A stretch of DNA of 51,555 bases from Octopus bimaculoides (taxonomy: Eukaryota). The position numbers were made by a program, and so were the translations under genes. Positions 47,604 to 51,555 of the stretch are shown here, one piece after another (position 1 is the first letter of the stretch; each line of letters opens with the position of its first letter). The notes below the pieces were generated by a model. It did not search any database. It saw nothing but the letters and a program-made list of their open reading frames with translations, and was not told the origin of the DNA. Where the stretch lies: the NCBI RefSeq assembly GCF_001194135.2, contig NC_068982.1:99237656-99289210 (forward strand), given 5' to 3'.

Positions 47604-48954
47604 CTCCTCTCCTCTCATCTCTTCATCTGACACCTACTTCCTTTCTTCACTCCTACTTACCTTCTCTCTTCATTGACACCCATGATAGATGTGGGATTAC
47701 TGTATACATATAATTCTTTCTTATTATTCAACCACAGTAGTGGTTGAATATATACTTAAGTCCACCATTTCGTCAATTGCAGCAGCTTCCAAGCTTCACC
47801 ACTAATTCAGTTCTCAACTAAATTGCAAACTGTTAACAGTTTTAAAGAGGACACCTCCTCAGCTACACTTTGGCATAAATAGTTTGAGATTATTTAATTA
47901 ATTTTTTTTAACTAAACACTTTCAGACTTCTGACACTGGTAGAATGTGTAACATAGAACAGGGTTTACTTTTAACATTTTGGACAAAATTTTGTATTTTA
48001 GAAGTTATTTCGTCAGAAGTTACAGAGTGACAATGGACAAATTTGTGTTTGATATGTGCCAATACACGAAACTCTCAACTTTTGACTTACTCTCTAACTT
48101 CTGCCGATGATATATATACATATTACATATATGTGCAAAAAATATCTCATCACACAATCAAACCAATGAAAGAGCCTCTACCTGGTCGCTCGGCACGCTA
48201 AAATTAACAGTCAAAGTATCCCCCTACCTAAGTTACACGCCCATTGTATGTAATGTCCTAGATTATCCCTAAAAGACGGTTTGCTGAAGGCTGGAATGTC
48301 TTTGATGATAGGTTTGCAGTTTCAGGGTTGATTTGAGGCTAAATAACAACATTATGGTCAATTTCTATAACACCCACACGATTTTCACTAAGAAAAAAAA
48401 CAAAAAAATTGATTTTTGCATGGAATCAAGTACCCTGACCTCCTAATATGCTGCAAATCCCTTATTTTGGTTCGGAAAAAAATTAAGTGGGTGGGTCCCC
48501 CCACCAATCCCAGAATCATTGGAAATTTTTTTTTCATTGAATGGATTCCTGTGATCTCCTAATATTGCAAAATTAGGTAACTTAAGGCAAGCCTGGTAAC
48601 TGATGGTTTTGGGGTCTTGTTGTTTGTAACTTTTAGTGAGCCATGGTGCAACCAACAACATGGTAAAAATCCTTGCCATTAATTTGGTGTAGATTGGGTA
48701 ATATCAAATAATTCAATCACAATATATATTTTAAAAAAACATGAAAAAAATTGAAATATTATCATCACTTACATGGAAACATTGAAATATTATCTTTCAG
48801 TATTGTTATAAGGTAAAATCTTAAATTATTAATTGACACATTATTAATTATCTTATAACAGCAATGCCTGGAAAAATCATGGATTACATGGAAAAATGCG
48901 AGCAGGGAAAGTAATATTCTTTAGATTATAAACCTGGAAAAGTACAGGACAAGT

Positions 48955-49318
48955 TATTACACCTGAAAAAGTACGGACAAACTATTACTTCAAATAAAGT
49001 AATGATTCAGAAACTTTTTACTTAAAATATTGCAGCTAAAATTAAAATTTGAAAATTATTTTATTATAGTTTACAAATACCACTATACTTATTTAAGTAG
49101 AATTTGGCTAATTTACTACCTTAAATAGAGAAAAAGTAACTAATTAAACAAACTTACAAATTAGCTGAACAGTTTTATACAATTTAAAAGATGGGAATTG
49201 TAAAGAATGATAAATTAGAAGAACTGGCATTCTTTGCTGCAATATTTTAAGTAAAAAGTTTCTTATTCTTTACTTTACTAGAAGTAATAGCTTGTCCTAA
49301 ACTTTTCCAGGTGTAATA
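48955..49318. mobile_element. MITE-like element with about 82-bp TIRs and subterminal direct repeats
   Basis: 48955-49036 pairs with 49236-49318. The unit acctg(g/a)aaaagtac is repeated at 48932 and 48961. Confidence 0.75.
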
Positions 49319-49328
49319 NNNNNNNNNN

Positions 49329-49379
<51 letters not shown>

Positions 49380-49384
<5 letters not shown>

Positions 49385-49612
49385 AACCTTGTCTTGATAT
49401 TGCATGGTTCATAAGATGATGTTGCTCATTCTGAGTCTTGCATGGAAAACATGTCAGTCCATGAGAAAATATTACCTTAGTTGGAAATAGACGAGGGATC
49501 ATGACAGGAAGTGCATGTGACTGTAGAAAATCTGCCTCAACATATTCCGTCCAGCTCATGCAAGCATGGAAAAGTGGACATTAATAAGTAAATGATGATG
49601 AAGATGATGATA
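49380..49612 (+). mobile_element. Decayed RTE-family 3' end
   Basis: Matches ccgtccagctcatgcaagcatggaaaagtggacatt followed by a GAT tail. Confidence 0.7.
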
Positions 49613-49997
49613 ATATGGTACCTATTTACAGGTTCTTAGGCTGGATCATTATGAGTTAAGTTTCTTTGCAACAGTCACAGTGCCATGTCAATTATAGGAT
49701 AAAACCTGTTGACCTTTTGGCTGGCAGGTCAAAAATCTTAACCACTTGACCAGCTAAAATCCTTCCTTCTCCCCTGAAAAATTTAAGTATCATTCTCACT
49801 TGATACTTGAGTAGTTTACTTTTATAGTTTCTGTTAATAATGTGTGATAGTGGTGGTGGTGGTGGTGGTGGTCTTGGTAGTAGTAGTAGTAGNNNNNNNN
49901 NNNNNNNNNNNNNNNNNNNNNNNNNNNNNNNNNNNNNNNNNNNNNNNNNNNTGCTATTTGTAGAAGGTCAAACCGACCGCGTAGAAGCCATTTGTTT

Positions 49998-50055
<58 letters not shown>

Positions 50056-50199
50056 AAGCAGCAATGATTACATGTTTAACAGTAGAAAACTCTCTTGTGA
50101 GCAGCTGCCCATCATGTTGCTACAACAGACTTTACCAAGTCATTATTACATTTACTAAACCAGCAACAATATATCCATTTTTCTTTTTATTATTGTTAT

Positions 50200-50370
50200 T
50201 CATCATCATCATCATCATCATCATCGTTTAACGTCCGCTTTCCATGCTAGCATGGGTTGGACGATTTGACTGAGGACTGGTAAAACCAGATAGCTACACC
50301 AGGCTCCAATCTGATTTGGCAGAGTTTCTACAGCTGGATACCCTTCCTAACGCCAACCACTCTGAGAGTG
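50200..50370 (-). mobile_element. Young PHD-RTE 3' end
   Basis: Nearly identical to 26158-26330. Confidence 0.92.
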
Positions 50371-50838
50371 TTATTATTTACGCATAAAAGTTATGCTATT
50401 AAATTATTTAGGTGTCACTTATTTCTCAGTTCAAATTTTGCTACATTCAGTTTTGTCTTTTATTGTGTGTAGTGGTGGGGATGGTGGGTGATCAATAAAA
50501 TGTGTTCCTCTATTATAATGAAATCAGCCCTTTATCCTTCCATTTCAACAAAATTGGTCTTATGTCTGAGCAAGAAATCCTTGTCAATTAGATAATAATG
50601 CTCAAATCAAACCAACTCACAGAGCATAGCTTATCAGGGATTTACATCTTTACTGTTCCTTTATTCTTTTATTCTTTTACTCGTTTTAACCAATGAACTG
50701 TGGCCATGCTGGGACATCACCTTGAAGGGTTTATGTCAAATAGATGCTCCCATAAATTCTAAAATAAAATTTAGGATTTACAGAGGGTCAAAGTTGGGAA
50801 CAAAAACATGACAGTGGAGACATACAAGGAAACTGAAC

Positions 50839-50896
<58 letters not shown>

Positions 50897-50919
50897 ACAC
50901 ACACACACACACACACACA

Positions 50920-51140
50920 TCTTTTATCTTTTACTTGTTTCAGTCATTAGACTGAGGCCATGCTGGGGCACCACCTTGAAGAATTTTGTCAAGTGTATCA
51001 ACCCTAGTACTTATTTTTAAAATCCTGTTACTTATTCTATTGGTCTCTTTTGCTGAAGTGCTAATTATGGGGATGTAAACACACCAGCAATAGCTGTTAA
51101 GTGGTGGCAGGGGAACAAACACAGACACAAAGACACACAC
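50920..51140 (-). mobile_element. Family-A SINE 3' half
   Basis: Homologous to 17524-17745. Confidence 0.85.
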
Positions 51141-51275
51141 ATATAGACATATACATACATATATACGTATATATAAGTATGTATGTATATATATGTATAT
51201 ATGTATATATAAATATATATATAGAGAGAGAGAGAGAAAGAGAGAGACACACACACACACACATATATATGTGTA

Positions 51276-51329
<54 letters not shown>

Positions 51330-51330
<1 letters not shown>

Positions 51331-51420
51331 TAGCAGAAATACCCGGCGTTGCCCGGGTTAAAGAGAATAATGAAATTTAAAAACGCCGTCTAGACTACGC
51401 ATCATCTTTATATATAGAGA
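51330..51420 (-). mobile_element. 91-bp minimal Helitron
   Basis: The minus strand reads A|TCTCTATATATAAAG...ACCCGG-gcaacg-CCGGGT hairpin, 7 nt, CTAG|T, i.e. canonical TC...CTAG ends between A and T. Confidence 0.85.
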
Positions 51421-51555
51421 TGTATATACACACACGCACCCAAACACACGTATATATATGTATATCAATATAAATATATGAAAGTCAATGAAGTTTCGTA
51501 AAAGAACGTGATCATGTACATACTTTCTTGCTGTTGTGATTATAACACCTCATTG

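Noticed and set aside
47655-47705. Perfect minus-strand donor AAG|GTAAGT with a short open exon
   Set aside because: It lies in the pyrimidine-rich 3' region of the PLE remnant and is probably chance.

Overview
AT-rich, microsatellite-dense eukaryotic DNA with many N-gaps. The repeat families resemble those of octopus (coleoid cephalopod); this is an inference, not a database result. No host gene could be identified with confidence, only a few weak + strand exon candidates. The window is mostly transposon debris: tRNA-headed SINEs of several modular families; LINE fragments (RTE with three C-terminal C2H2 fingers, RTE with a PHD finger inside the RT, a 5'-inverted RTE, an R4/Dong-like RT); Penelope-like GIY-YIG and hammerhead-like remnants; a fold-back mariner; hAT, piggyBac and Tc1-type MITEs; and Helitrons. 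The most unusual item is a TSD-flanked retroposed insert at 18058-18829 that carries an orphan non-RT ORF and a 3' tail shared with a SINE. Most ORFs in the supplied track are microsatellite or gap artefacts. Coordinates were read by eye, and boundaries of decayed repeats are approximate.
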